A DNA stretch of 64,000 bases, from contig CAZDOM010000005.1 of assembly GCA_964507015.1 (NCBI GenBank), positions 3,654 to 67,653 of the forward strand, written 5' to 3'. Positions 24,301 through 32,872 of the stretch are shown piece after piece (positions within the stretch are counted from its first letter, which is position 1; each line of letters begins with the position of its first letter). Position numbers and translations under genes: made by a program. The notes below the pieces were generated by a model. The model ran no database searches and was not told the origin of the DNA. It saw nothing but the letters and a program-made list of their open reading frames with translations. This DNA comes from an uncultured Rikenellaceae bacterium. Lineage in GTDB: Bacteria > Bacteroidota > Bacteroidia > Bacteroidales > VadinHA17.

Positions 24301-24663
24301 TCTTGCAGTCTCTTTCATAATCGCAAATGCAACAGGGACAGACTGATCTAGTATCTCCTCAAGCTTATTATCTATATGCTTTTCAATCTTATCAATCTGA
24401 GAGTATATCTCCTCCTTATTATAAACATCTTCTTCTTTTTCAGCTTTTTCTTTGAGTGATTTTATTTCTTTCTCATCCTCCTCAATATACATAAGTATCT
24501 CCTTCTTCAGTTCCTGGGTTTTATCTCTTAACTGATCATTCGAGAGATCTTTCAGCTTTTCAAATTCAATGTGTACTTTTTCGACATGTGGATTAATCTC
24601 TTTCAGATCCTTTTCATACTTATTACCCAGAAATAATCCCAGGATTTTTGTTATAATACTCAT
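21331..24663 (-). CDS. secA: Preprotein translocase ATPase SecA
   Basis: EMATGEGKT Walker [30 protein letters not shown], and C-terminal Zn motif [14 protein letters not shown]. 1110 aa is typical of the long Bacteroidota form. Confidence 0.96.
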   Translation of the reverse strand: MSIITKILGLFLGNKYEKDLKEINPHVEKVHIEFEKLKDLSNDQLRDKTQELKKEILMYIEEDEKEIKSLKEKAEKEEDVYNKEEIYSQIDKIEKHIDNKLEEILDQSVPVAFAIMKETARRFKENSILEVTAMQYDRDLAATRESINVKGDKAYWNNTWIAGGNEIVWDMVHYDVQLIGGVALHKGKIAEMATGEGKTVVATLPVFLNALAGRGVHIVTVNDYLSKRDSEWMGPMYEFHGLTVDCIDKHQPNSADRRKAYNADITFGTNNEFGFDYLRDNMAINPEDLVQRKHHYAIVDEVDSVLIDDARTPLIISGPTAKSDTQQFDELKPKVEKLVAAQKKLVTQVLADAKRLIAEEKTEEGGKLLLRAFKGLPKNNALIKFLSEEGNRSLMQKTENFYMQNNSKDMHKVTDDLYFIIDEKANSIELTENGLDLISTSVEDASFFILPDVGSIIAELEKSEKNEREKLRLKDELLQDYSVKSERVHTMTQLLKAWTLFDLDVEYVVMDNKVKIVDEQTGRILEGRRYSDGLHQAIEAKENVKVEAATQTYATITLQNYFRMYHKLAGMTGTAETEAGELWNIYKLDVVVIPTNKPVVRDDREDIIYKTKREKYNAVIDEISEMNRQGRPVLVGTTSVEISELLSRMLKMKGLKHNVLNAKLHQREAEIVAEAGKPGTITIATNMAGRGTDIKLSEEVKKAGGLAIIGTERHESRRVDRQLRGRSGRQGDPGSSQFFVSLEDELMRLFGSERIAGIMDSLGLKEGEMIQHSMITKSIERAQKKVEENNFGIRKRLLEYDDVMNSQREVIYKKRRHALLGERLSVDVANSMFDVTENVVDTYYSIGDFEGFEFDLIRSFSIDSPVSSSEFSKENTREITDKIYLKVLDTYKRKVEAISKQAYPVLKDVYERMSHVYENVVVPISDGVRVFQVVTNLKVTAESEGKELSKAYEKTVVLATIDEAWKDHLREMDELKQSVQNATYEQKDPLLIYKFESFELFKTMLEKVNKDVVSTLMKGYIPTQDPDQVKEAQRRRQIENLRTSKDDISQYNSGGGSPQDKDRKTEPVRVDKKVGRNDPCPCGSGKKYKHCHGAQQTAGAPGAQPANPNV

Positions 24664-24696
24664 TTTAATCTGATTTACAGAATTTCAAAATTCATG

Positions 24697-24704
24697 CAAA
24701 ATTA
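24697..24704 (-). promoter_or_regulatory. TAnnTTTG -7 element upstream of secA
   Basis: The plus strand reads caaaatta, which is TAATTTTG on the minus strand, 34 nt upstream of the ATG at 24663. Confidence 0.4.
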
Positions 24705-24755
24705 ACCTATTTTTCCGATAACAGAATGTAAATACCGGTACAATATAAGAGGTTC

Positions 24756-27209
24756 TTACAAAAGAATATATTTAATAATTCTTCTGCTGTTGTTGCGTTG
24801 CAGAACAATCAGGTAAACACCCTGTGGCTGTTCACTAATATCAATGGGAAGAATGTCACTACTGTCAGTCCTGCCACTTTTTATCAGGGTTCCTGTTGAA
24901 TTATAAATATTGTATATGTAGGGTTCTGAACCTCTTTCCGGATTTTTAATCATTATAAGCCCTTTCCCGGGATTGGGGTATATAACAGCAGTTTCAAAAC
25001 CGGTATCATCAACCTTATCAATAACAGGACCAATATGCAGATCTTCTATTGCCCATCCCCATCCATTGGCCAGGGGATCAGAATAAAGCCGGAATCTGAA
25101 AAGAATTGTATCACCTGCTGAAATGCTTGATGAGACTTTCGGAAATATCGTCCTTCGGATCATCATTGATTCCTTACCAATATAGGTTGAGTTCATATCA
25201 TCAATTGCACTGTTATAAGCTGTTTCCCATGATTTATAATACCTCGAATCATATCCGTCAAACAAGGGTTGCCATGTATTACCATAGTCACCTGATGTTT
25301 CAACAACCACATAATCGTAATAATCCTCAGAACCAAAGTCAGAGCCCTCTTCTCCCGGCTCTACCAGTACCAATTCCAGAAAACTGATTATCATGCCATT
25401 AGCATCAAACTTAACCGGATGGCGGAGCATGGTTGAAAAATTGAGTTCTCCCCCTGCTGTTCCGGGGCTTTCATATGGATGCTCAGAATGTAATCCATAA
25501 CTTGTAAAATTGTTCGGTTTGCTAATTCCGAATCCTACATTGAAGAAATCATCTGCAGCATCAGCAAAGTCAGTTGAATAACTATCAACAACTGTACCTA
25601 TATCCTCAATTCTGACAGAGTAATAGCCCTCTGCAGGAATTGTTTTACTATTCACATTTGATGCTTTATCGTATGCAGTAATCCGATAGCATAGAGAATC
25701 ACCTCCTTCCAGATAAAGAGAACCTGCATTTATAGTTGTACTAAAAAGTGAGTCGGCTGAAGCGTTAAGACCAGCAAACATGGCAGGACCATCATTCACC
25801 TTATATTCAATAAATACTGTATCTATCCCAAAGTTATCTGAAGCCTGAGCTTCAAATCTTATGGTATCAACCAGATCAAAATAGTATTCGGCAGGTTTAT
25901 GAGTTATAACAGGTTTTACTGTATCCACACCTATATATACATTATACCTGTACTTGTCGATATATGATGGAGACCGATACATTCTCAGGAAATGATCCTC
26001 AACATACATGTAATATTCAAGTTTTGCTTCGTAGTAAGGTATCTGGATGGTCGCACTATAGTTATCATCTGAAAGAGGAGAACTCATAAACAGAGTATCA
26101 CTCGTAGCAAAATCATCAAAAGACCATACCAGTCCTACCTGATCCCTGTTATAAGTTGTATCAGATAATATTGATGCAGCTATGTTTATCTCCGACAGAT
26201 GTTCCTCAGTATCAGGAGGATTGTCATGAACAAACCTTGTATTTACCCAACCCATATCACCCAGCATCGACATAGTAATATGACCGGGATTATGTATTGC
26301 TTCTCCCTTGTCAATAAAAGGTGTCATCAAAGCGTCAATATCCTGATAAGTTTCTTCATCAAGATGAGCAATGCTTGATCCTGCATCATATGAAGATGGA
26401 GAATAAAGTTTAACTCTGTCTCCTGAATAATAATCCCTTAATAAGGGACCGTTGAAATATATTCCTCCACTGGTAATCTGGTCTTTTAATTCAGGTGATG
26501 GGTTTTCAAAAAGGAGTGTATCAATCAAATTCTGACCTTCGGTATTTTCAACAAACACATCATAGATCAAAGGACGTGAATCTGTTGTTCCCCACATCCC
26601 TGTTGAAGCATCAGCATACATACTGTCAAAAAAACCAAGTCCGTGTACTATTTCATGAATAATAACTGTTACAAGGTCATATTGTGTTGTCGGAGTATTC
26701 CCGTCAGTACCCACATACCAGTTTATACCTGTATTGATGTTAATATAAATATCTCCTGATGTATCGTGGTTAAGCTTCTCGCCATAAATTCTTTCAGCAA
26801 GAGCAACAGGGTAATATGCATCGGGATAAAATGCATTTATCTCCCGTCCGTCAGCATATCCTCCCGTTGATGAATTTGCCAGTACACCTGATTCCAGAGT
26901 GGCTGAAGTAACTGCGATAGTCATATTAAGATCGGCAGGTAAAATTGATTCCAGTATTAAAACAGCATAATTAACTGCTGTTTTTCCCCACGCAGGAACA
27001 TCGGAGTAATATACAGTTATTTTGGCACTGATACCCTTTTCAGCCTTCGCCCTGAAGAACTCTTTTGGAGGAGGTATATATATTCTTTTTACTTTACTTC
27101 CGGCATAACATACCCCGGTAATCTCTTTATTCTTAACAAGATCCTGCGGATACGACTTTACAGTTGATATCAGGAATATAAGTCCGGTAAAAAAGATCAG
27201 CTTCTTCAT
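24756..27209 (-). CDS. Secreted zinc-metalloprotease-like protein with a T9SS C-terminal sorting domain
   Basis: Signal peptide MKKLIFFTGLIFLISTV and HExxH motif VIIHEIVHGLGF. The C-terminal ~80 aa (AVIYPNPGKGLIMI...GVYLIVLQ...KYILL) resembles a Por/T9SS CTD. Confidence 0.7.
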   Translation of the reverse strand: MKKLIFFTGLIFLISTVKSYPQDLVKNKEITGVCYAGSKVKRIYIPPPKEFFRAKAEKGISAKITVYYSDVPAWGKTAVNYAVLILESILPADLNMTIAVTSATLESGVLANSSTGGYADGREINAFYPDAYYPVALAERIYGEKLNHDTSGDIYININTGINWYVGTDGNTPTTQYDLVTVIIHEIVHGLGFFDSMYADASTGMWGTTDSRPLIYDVFVENTEGQNLIDTLLFENPSPELKDQITSGGIYFNGPLLRDYYSGDRVKLYSPSSYDAGSSIAHLDEETYQDIDALMTPFIDKGEAIHNPGHITMSMLGDMGWVNTRFVHDNPPDTEEHLSEINIAASILSDTTYNRDQVGLVWSFDDFATSDTLFMSSPLSDDNYSATIQIPYYEAKLEYYMYVEDHFLRMYRSPSYIDKYRYNVYIGVDTVKPVITHKPAEYYFDLVDTIRFEAQASDNFGIDTVFIEYKVNDGPAMFAGLNASADSLFSTTINAGSLYLEGGDSLCYRITAYDKASNVNSKTIPAEGYYSVRIEDIGTVVDSYSTDFADAADDFFNVGFGISKPNNFTSYGLHSEHPYESPGTAGGELNFSTMLRHPVKFDANGMIISFLELVLVEPGEEGSDFGSEDYYDYVVVETSGDYGNTWQPLFDGYDSRYYKSWETAYNSAIDDMNSTYIGKESMMIRRTIFPKVSSSISAGDTILFRFRLYSDPLANGWGWAIEDLHIGPVIDKVDDTGFETAVIYPNPGKGLIMIKNPERGSEPYIYNIYNSTGTLIKSGRTDSSDILPIDISEQPQGVYLIVLQRNNSRRIIKYILL

Positions 27210-27315
27210 TAAATTATAGTGGTTGTTTCACAGGATTTTGTAGTAATCATTCTAAATGTTCAGACTGGTAAATAAATATATTAAAGTAGTTTTATATGTT
27301 TTTATATTAACATAT

Positions 27316-27699
27316 TTACCTGGTATCCTGTTCAATATTCAGTAATTCTTCAATCTTATTTATCATATCATTCACGCTAAAAGGCTTTGAATAAACCGCA
27401 TCTGCTCCAAGAGCTTTTGCCAGGTTCAGATAACTTCCCGGACCAGCCTTACCTCCACCCGATATAGCGATTATTTTAATTGATGGTTTCAGTTCACGCA
27501 TCCTCATTATTACTTTCAGTCCATCCTCTTCAGGCATTATCAGGTCAGTAATCACAAGATCTGTCAGTGAAGGCTTGAAGTGTGTAATGGCATCCTTACC
27601 ATTATCAGCTTCAAGAACTGTAAATCTTCGTCTGCTTAGTGAGACTTTCAACATGGTTCTAAGCTCATTATCATCTTCAACTATCAGAATACCAGGCAT
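27316..27699 (-). CDS. Stand-alone response-regulator receiver protein (CheY-like)
   Basis: ILIVEDDNELR, DLVITDLIMPEEDG, IIAISG and SKPF (conserved Lys). 127 aa with no output domain. Confidence 0.88.
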   Translation of the reverse strand: MPGILIVEDDNELRTMLKVSLSRRRFTVLEADNGKDAITHFKPSLTDLVITDLIMPEEDGLKVIMRMRELKPSIKIIAISGGGKAGPGSYLNLAKALGADAVYSKPFSVNDMINKIEELLNIEQDTR

Positions 27700-27700
27700 A

Positions 27701-27747
27701 TATAATTTATAATTTATAATTTATGATTTATATTTATATTTTATTTT
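27701..27747. repeat. AT-only heptamer tandem repeat in the kinase-regulator intergenic gap
   Basis: tataatt tataatt tataatt tatgatt, followed by degenerate tatattt-like units; read directly from the sequence. Confidence 0.7.
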
Positions 27748-27765
27748 CAGAAGCGCTAATAATTA

Positions 27766-29685
27766 TTAACCGATAGACAGATTGATTGCATTTATTATTT
27801 CTCTTAGAGAAACAGGTTTGAGAAGGTGTTGAGAAATTATTCCCGAATTTACCAGTTTTTCATTTAACAGATCCTGATCAGAATCAGATAACCAGATACA
27901 TGGTATTTTCTTATCCTTTTGAATCAAGAGATTAATCAAATCATCAGAATTAATATGTTCTGCATCGCTCATATATATGATAAGATCCGGTTTATTCTTA
28001 TTATCCGGTATTGTTCTGATAAGGTTTTTATTATCTGAGATTATTGTCAGCTTATATCCTGCACTTTCGAGGGCAAGGGATAAAATACGTGATTCATGTT
28101 TATTTCCTGTAATGAATAGTATCTTTTTATTTTTTACTTGTGTTGATGAAAGTGGAGTATAATATCTTGAAACAGGTAAATATACATTAAAAACAGAACC
28201 CTCATGTAATTTGCTGGAGACGAGTATCTCTCCACCCATTTCCGAAATAATTCCATGAACTACCGATAATCCTAATCCTGATCCCTTTCCTACTTCACGT
28301 GTAGTAAAAAAAGGCTCAAATATTCTCTGCAATTGTGATGGATCCATGCCCTTTCCTGTATCTTTTATGCGAATAATTACATACTCTTCTGCAACAATAT
28401 CAGTATTCAGCTCTTTTTGTACCTCCTCATCCGTTACAAGATCCAGGTCAACAAAAACCATGCCTCCCCTCTCTTCAAATGCCTGAATGGCATTAGTCAT
28501 AAGATTAAGGAATACCCTGAATAACTGGGTAGGATCAGCCAGAACAGGATATTTTCCCCTTGTGATATTATTTTTAATCCTGATACCTTTTGGAGCAGCA
28601 GATCTTATGAACCCTATTGTTTCCTTCAGAATATCATAGACATTTATAATCACTTTTTCCTGTTCTATCTGCCTGCTAAATGCAAGTATCTGGCTTGTCA
28701 GGGATCTGGCTTTAGATACAGACATCAATATTTTCCTTACATTTTCAGCTGATTGTGAAGACTCAGGAAGGTCATTCTGTAACAATTCAGAATAACCGGA
28801 TATTGTTGCCAGTATATTATTGAAATCATGTGCAATGCCACCTGCAAGTGCTCCTATTGTTTCGAGCTTCTGTGCCTGAAGTAATCTGTTCTCAAGCATA
28901 AGTTCACGGGATGAGTCCTCAAATGAGAAATCGATGAAATAAGGATTTGACATATCGTCGACAACCATAAAGGCACTTATGCGGCATACTATTTCTCCGC
29001 CTTTGAATGTATTGAGTGAGACTCTTCCAAAGGATTTTGGTTTACCATCCAATAATTGCTGAAGGTGCAGATCAAATAATCCCTCCTCAGAATAATAATT
29101 ACGAAGGGTTTTATTTATTAAATAATCTGTATCATCACAATCCATTATCAGGAGAAATGCTTTATTGGCATGCATCATTGTACCATCAGGACCACACCTT
29201 AAGAAGCCTATTGGTAAATTTGTTTCGAATCTTCTTAGCTCCTCTTCTTTTGATGAGGCTTTTCTCTCCGTCAGTTTAAAATCAGTTATATCGAATGTTT
29301 CAGCCAGAAGATGTGTTATTTCTCCTGATTCTATCGGAATTGGGCGGAAAATAACTTCGAAATACCTTTTACCTGACTGCGGTATATTAAAAGAGGCTTC
29401 ATATTTGATTGTATTTCCTGCAAAGCACTTATCAATATTATTCTTAATAACATTGTTAAAAATATCATTACCCCACACATCTGCCAGTGATCTGCCCACA
29501 ATTGATTGTTCTATTCCTTTATGGGCATTACAAAAAGCTTCATTAACCTTCTCATAAACATACTCCTTGTTAATGATACTGATCATCGACCTGGAGTTCT
29601 TCAGTATATGATCTGAAAATAGTTTTTCCTGTGCGAGAAAATTCAGGAATTCATTCTGACCCGATATATTATTATTTTGCTCCAA
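27766..29685 (-). CDS. Cytoplasmic PAS-domain sensor histidine kinase with a C-terminal receiver-like domain
   Basis: No TM segment is evident. Features are PAS-like N-terminal repeats, H-box GGIAHDFNNILATISGY, N/G boxes NLMTNAIQA / DTGKGM / GSGLGLS, and a C-terminal ~125-aa REC-like fold ending LLKP. The TTG start is uncertain. Confidence 0.82.
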   Translation of the reverse strand: MEQNNNISGQNEFLNFLAQEKLFSDHILKNSRSMISIINKEYVYEKVNEAFCNAHKGIEQSIVGRSLADVWGNDIFNNVIKNNIDKCFAGNTIKYEASFNIPQSGKRYFEVIFRPIPIESGEITHLLAETFDITDFKLTERKASSKEEELRRFETNLPIGFLRCGPDGTMMHANKAFLLIMDCDDTDYLINKTLRNYYSEEGLFDLHLQQLLDGKPKSFGRVSLNTFKGGEIVCRISAFMVVDDMSNPYFIDFSFEDSSRELMLENRLLQAQKLETIGALAGGIAHDFNNILATISGYSELLQNDLPESSQSAENVRKILMSVSKARSLTSQILAFSRQIEQEKVIINVYDILKETIGFIRSAAPKGIRIKNNITRGKYPVLADPTQLFRVFLNLMTNAIQAFEERGGMVFVDLDLVTDEEVQKELNTDIVAEEYVIIRIKDTGKGMDPSQLQRIFEPFFTTREVGKGSGLGLSVVHGIISEMGGEILVSSKLHEGSVFNVYLPVSRYYTPLSSTQVKNKKILFITGNKHESRILSLALESAGYKLTIISDNKNLIRTIPDNKNKPDLIIYMSDAEHINSDDLINLLIQKDKKIPCIWLSDSDQDLLNEKLVNSGIISQHLLKPVSLREIINAINLSIG

Positions 29686-29721
29686 GCCACTAATATTTAA
29701 ACATATACAGATCCTGTAGAA

Positions 29722-31467
29722 TTAATTTATATCAAGATTAAATGCTTTTCTGAAATCACTCAGAACAGGATATTTGCCCTGCATGTAATTATATTTCTGT
29801 TCATCAGTATATGGCATTTCATTAGCTTCACTAAGATCAACAGAAGTTTCAATGTCGAGATCACGGATCATAAACTTTGTTTCGAGGAATCCTGTGAGCT
29901 TAGGTTTATAATCCTGAATAAACAGGTCCCTCTGGGCAGCGTTACTCAGATGAATTCTGATAGTGTGTTCATCCTCCATCTCCGGCTGAATTGATTTAAA
30001 CATACTTACTATTCTTGTACCCTCCCCTTTCAGTTTATCAACAAATTCCTGCCAGGCTGCTGAGAATGCGTCTGATGAAAACTCAATCCTTCCTTCCGCA
30101 CTCTTTTCATTACTTATACTATCATTAAGATCATTAGACTTCTCCATTACTTTACTGTTATCAGAAATAACCTCCTTTATGGAAAAACTCCTTGTAGGTT
30201 TTTCAATTACAGGTATATGTTTACTTTGTGAAGGGCTCTTTTCGTCAGGAAGAGTTTTTTCCTGTTCTACAGCTTTCCTGCTAATCTCTGATTTGGGAGG
30301 AGGAGAAATTTCCCGGTTGATATTATTCTGATTATTTATATTATTCTTTTTTTTTTCGATTTCCCTGTCAGACTCACCATTGAGTCTGCATAATTTTATC
30401 AGTGCCAGTTCAGTATGGAGCCTGGCATTATTGCTGTTTTTATAGTAAATGTCACATGTACTTCCTATTTCCAAAGCCTTGTAAAGAAAATCCACTGAAC
30501 ACTCTTCAGCCTGCTGCAGGTATCTTTTCTTTACAGAAGGAGTTGTTTCGAGAAGGTCTATTGTTACCTGGTCCTTACTAACAAGAAGATCGCGAAGATG
30601 ACTATTCAGGCCTGTAATAAAATTATGCCCGTCAAATCCTTTTTCCAGTATCTCATTGAAAGTCATTAAAACAGAAGACACATCACCTTTCAGAGCAGCA
30701 TTAACACATTTGAAATAATAATCATAATCCAGGATATTAAGATTTTCAATCACATCCCTGTAATTAATTTTCTTACCGCACAAACTTACAATCTGGTCAA
30801 ATATCGACAGAGCATCCCTCAGGGCGCCATCGGCTTTTTGTGCAATGATATGCAGAGCCTCCTCTTCCGCATCAACAGACTCATTATCAGCAACATATTT
30901 GAGCCTTTTAACAATATCTCCGATTTTTATCCTGTTAAAATCAAATATCTGGCACCTGGACAGTATTGTTGGGATGATCTTGTGCTTTTCGGTGGTGGCA
31001 AGAATAAAAATTGCATGAGGTGGCGGTTCTTCAAGGGTTTTCAGAAAGGCATTGAAAGCTGATGCAGACAGCATATGAACCTCATCGATAATATATATGC
31101 TGTATCTGCCTATCTGAGGTGGTATTCTAATCTGGTCATTTAGGCTTCTGATATCCTCCACCTTATTGTTCGATGCTGCATCCAGCTCATGTATATTGAA
31201 TGATCTGAGGGTATTGAAGGAGATACATGATTCACATTTATCACAGGCTTCTCCATCCTCCCTCAGGTCATTACAGTTTATAGTCTTGGCAAGTATCCTG
31301 GCACATGTTGTCTTACCCACACCACGTGGTCCGCAGAAAAGGTATGCCTGGGTAAGATGTTTGTTTTTTATTGCATTTTTCAGTGTATTTGTGATACTAT
31401 CCTGCCCTACTACCATATCAAAGGTAGCGGGACGGTATTTACGGGCTGAAACGATAAAATTCTCCAT
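29722..31467 (-). CDS. dnaX: DNA polymerase III subunit gamma/tau
   Basis: ARKYRP..F..VVGQ, GPRGVGKTT Walker A, Zn module C..C..C, IIDEVHMLS, SRCQ.F.F. Confidence 0.93.
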   Translation of the reverse strand: MENFIVSARKYRPATFDMVVGQDSITNTLKNAIKNKHLTQAYLFCGPRGVGKTTCARILAKTINCNDLREDGEACDKCESCISFNTLRSFNIHELDAASNNKVEDIRSLNDQIRIPPQIGRYSIYIIDEVHMLSASAFNAFLKTLEEPPPHAIFILATTEKHKIIPTILSRCQIFDFNRIKIGDIVKRLKYVADNESVDAEEEALHIIAQKADGALRDALSIFDQIVSLCGKKINYRDVIENLNILDYDYYFKCVNAALKGDVSSVLMTFNEILEKGFDGHNFITGLNSHLRDLLVSKDQVTIDLLETTPSVKKRYLQQAEECSVDFLYKALEIGSTCDIYYKNSNNARLHTELALIKLCRLNGESDREIEKKKNNINNQNNINREISPPPKSEISRKAVEQEKTLPDEKSPSQSKHIPVIEKPTRSFSIKEVISDNSKVMEKSNDLNDSISNEKSAEGRIEFSSDAFSAAWQEFVDKLKGEGTRIVSMFKSIQPEMEDEHTIRIHLSNAAQRDLFIQDYKPKLTGFLETKFMIRDLDIETSVDLSEANEMPYTDEQKYNYMQGKYPVLSDFRKAFNLDIN

Positions 31468-31504
31468 AAATAATTGACTCTCCGACCGGAATATTATTTA
31501 GCTA

Positions 31505-31512
31505 CAAATATA
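31505..31512 (-). promoter_or_regulatory. TAnnTTTG -7 element upstream of dnaX
   Basis: The plus strand reads caaatata, which is TATATTTG on the minus strand, 38 nt upstream of the ATG at 31467. Confidence 0.4.
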
Positions 31513-31648
31513 ATAAAAAGCAGAGCACGTGGGGTGAGTGTTGAAAATATTAGATAAATGACACGAATGGAAAAGAAAATCACCGGTTTATATTGATGCC
31601 GGCAGACACATTTCAACATAATATTTTTTGTTTAAATGAAAATAATTG

Positions 31649-31656
31649 TACTTTTG
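31649..31656 (+). promoter_or_regulatory. TAnnTTTG -7 element (with TTTG about 19 nt upstream) for rpsF-rpsR-rplI
   Basis: tacttttg at 31649-31656 and ttttg at 31626-31630; the ATG is at 31694. Confidence 0.55.
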
Positions 31657-31693
31657 CGAGCCAAAATAATTTAAAATTAAGATCTAAAAAATT

Positions 31694-32047
31694 ATGTTAA
31701 ACCATTACGAAACCGTTTTCATTGCAACTCCCGTTTTGTCTGAACAACAGATGAAGGAAGCGGTACTAAAATTCAAGAAGGTCATTACCGACAACGAAGG
31801 TGAGATCGTTCATGAAGAGAACTGGGGCCTGAAAAAACTGGCCTATCCTATTCAGAAAAAATCAACAGGTTTTTACTATCTCATTGAATTCAAGGGGCCT
31901 GGAACTATTGTTGAGAATCTTGAGGTACAATATCGACGTGATGAGAGAATCATCAGGTTCCTGACTTTCAGGATGGAAAAATTTGCAGTGGAATATGCTG
32001 AAAAGAAGAGAAGGCAGAAAGAATCAGAAGTAAAAAAGGAGGAATAA
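31694..32047 (+). CDS. rpsF: 30S ribosomal protein S6
   Basis: [10 protein letters not shown]...[11 protein letters not shown]...G.Y; first gene of the S6-S18-L9 order. Confidence 0.93.
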   Translation: MLNHYETVFIATPVLSEQQMKEAVLKFKKVITDNEGEIVHEENWGLKKLAYPIQKKSTGFYYLIEFKGPGTIVENLEVQYRRDERIIRFLTFRMEKFAVEYAEKKRRQKESEVKKEE

Positions 32048-32050
32048 GAT

Positions 32051-32320
32051 ATGGCACAGAATGAATCAGAAATAAGATATTTGACTCCACCGACAGTAGA
32101 GGTCAAAAAAAAGAAATACTGCCGTTTTAAGAAAAACAGGATCAAGTATATCGATTATAAGGATCCTGAATTCCTTAAGAAGTTCCTCAACGATCAGGGT
32201 AAGATACTGCCTCGCAGGATTACAGGGACATCTCTTAAATATCAGAGGAAAGTGGCAAAAGCTGTTAAGAGAGCACGTCATATTGCGCTTCTGCCTTACG
32301 TTACTGACCTTTTAAAATAA
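32051..32320 (+). CDS. rpsR: 30S ribosomal protein S18
   Basis: KKYCRF......IDYKD...L.KF....[26 protein letters not shown]. Confidence 0.93.
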   Translation: MAQNESEIRYLTPPTVEVKKKKYCRFKKNRIKYIDYKDPEFLKKFLNDQGKILPRRITGTSLKYQRKVAKAVKRARHIALLPYVTDLLK

Positions 32321-32332
32321 GGAGGAGAGAAT

Positions 32333-32779
32333 ATGGAAATTATATTACTTCAGGATGTCCATAAACTAGGGCACAAAGACGACCTGGTTAATGTAAAAGA
32401 TGGTTATGCCGGGAATTACCTTATTCCACAGGGCTTTGCTATAGCAGCTACCCCCTCAGCAAAAAAGATGCATGCTGAAAACCAGAAGCAGAGAGCACAT
32501 AAGGAAGAAAAGATTAAGGAAGCTGCACAGGAAGTGGCCGATAAGATGGCTGGCCTGAAATTAACTATCGGGGCTAAAACAAGTTCATCAGGTAAAATAT
32601 TTGGTTCTGTTAATACTATCCAGATTGCTGAAGCACTTAAGGAAAAGGGATTTGAGATTGACCGTAAGAACATCTCCCTGCATAACGAACAGATCAAGGA
32701 GATCGGTAACTACAAAGCTGACATAAAGCTCCACCGGGAAGTAAGCGTGGAGATAGATTTTGAAATTCTGGCAGAATAA
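32333..32779 (+). CDS. rplI: 50S ribosomal protein L9
   Basis: MEIILLQDV..LG.K.D.V.VK.GYA.NYLIPQG.A; 148 aa. Confidence 0.93.
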   Translation: MEIILLQDVHKLGHKDDLVNVKDGYAGNYLIPQGFAIAATPSAKKMHAENQKQRAHKEEKIKEAAQEVADKMAGLKLTIGAKTSSSGKIFGSVNTIQIAEALKEKGFEIDRKNISLHNEQIKEIGNYKADIKLHREVSVEIDFEILAE

Positions 32780-32802
32780 TCTGCCAGGAGATATCCTTAC
32801 AA

Positions 32803-32837
32803 GGGACATAGCATTTTTATAAGCATGTCCCTTTTTT
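32803..32837 (+). terminator. Rho-independent terminator after rplI
   Basis: Stem gggacat(a)gc / gcatgtccc with a 10-nt loop, followed by tttttt. Confidence 0.7.
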
Positions 32838-32872
32838 ATTCCATATTATATCTTGTCAGAAACAGTAAATTG

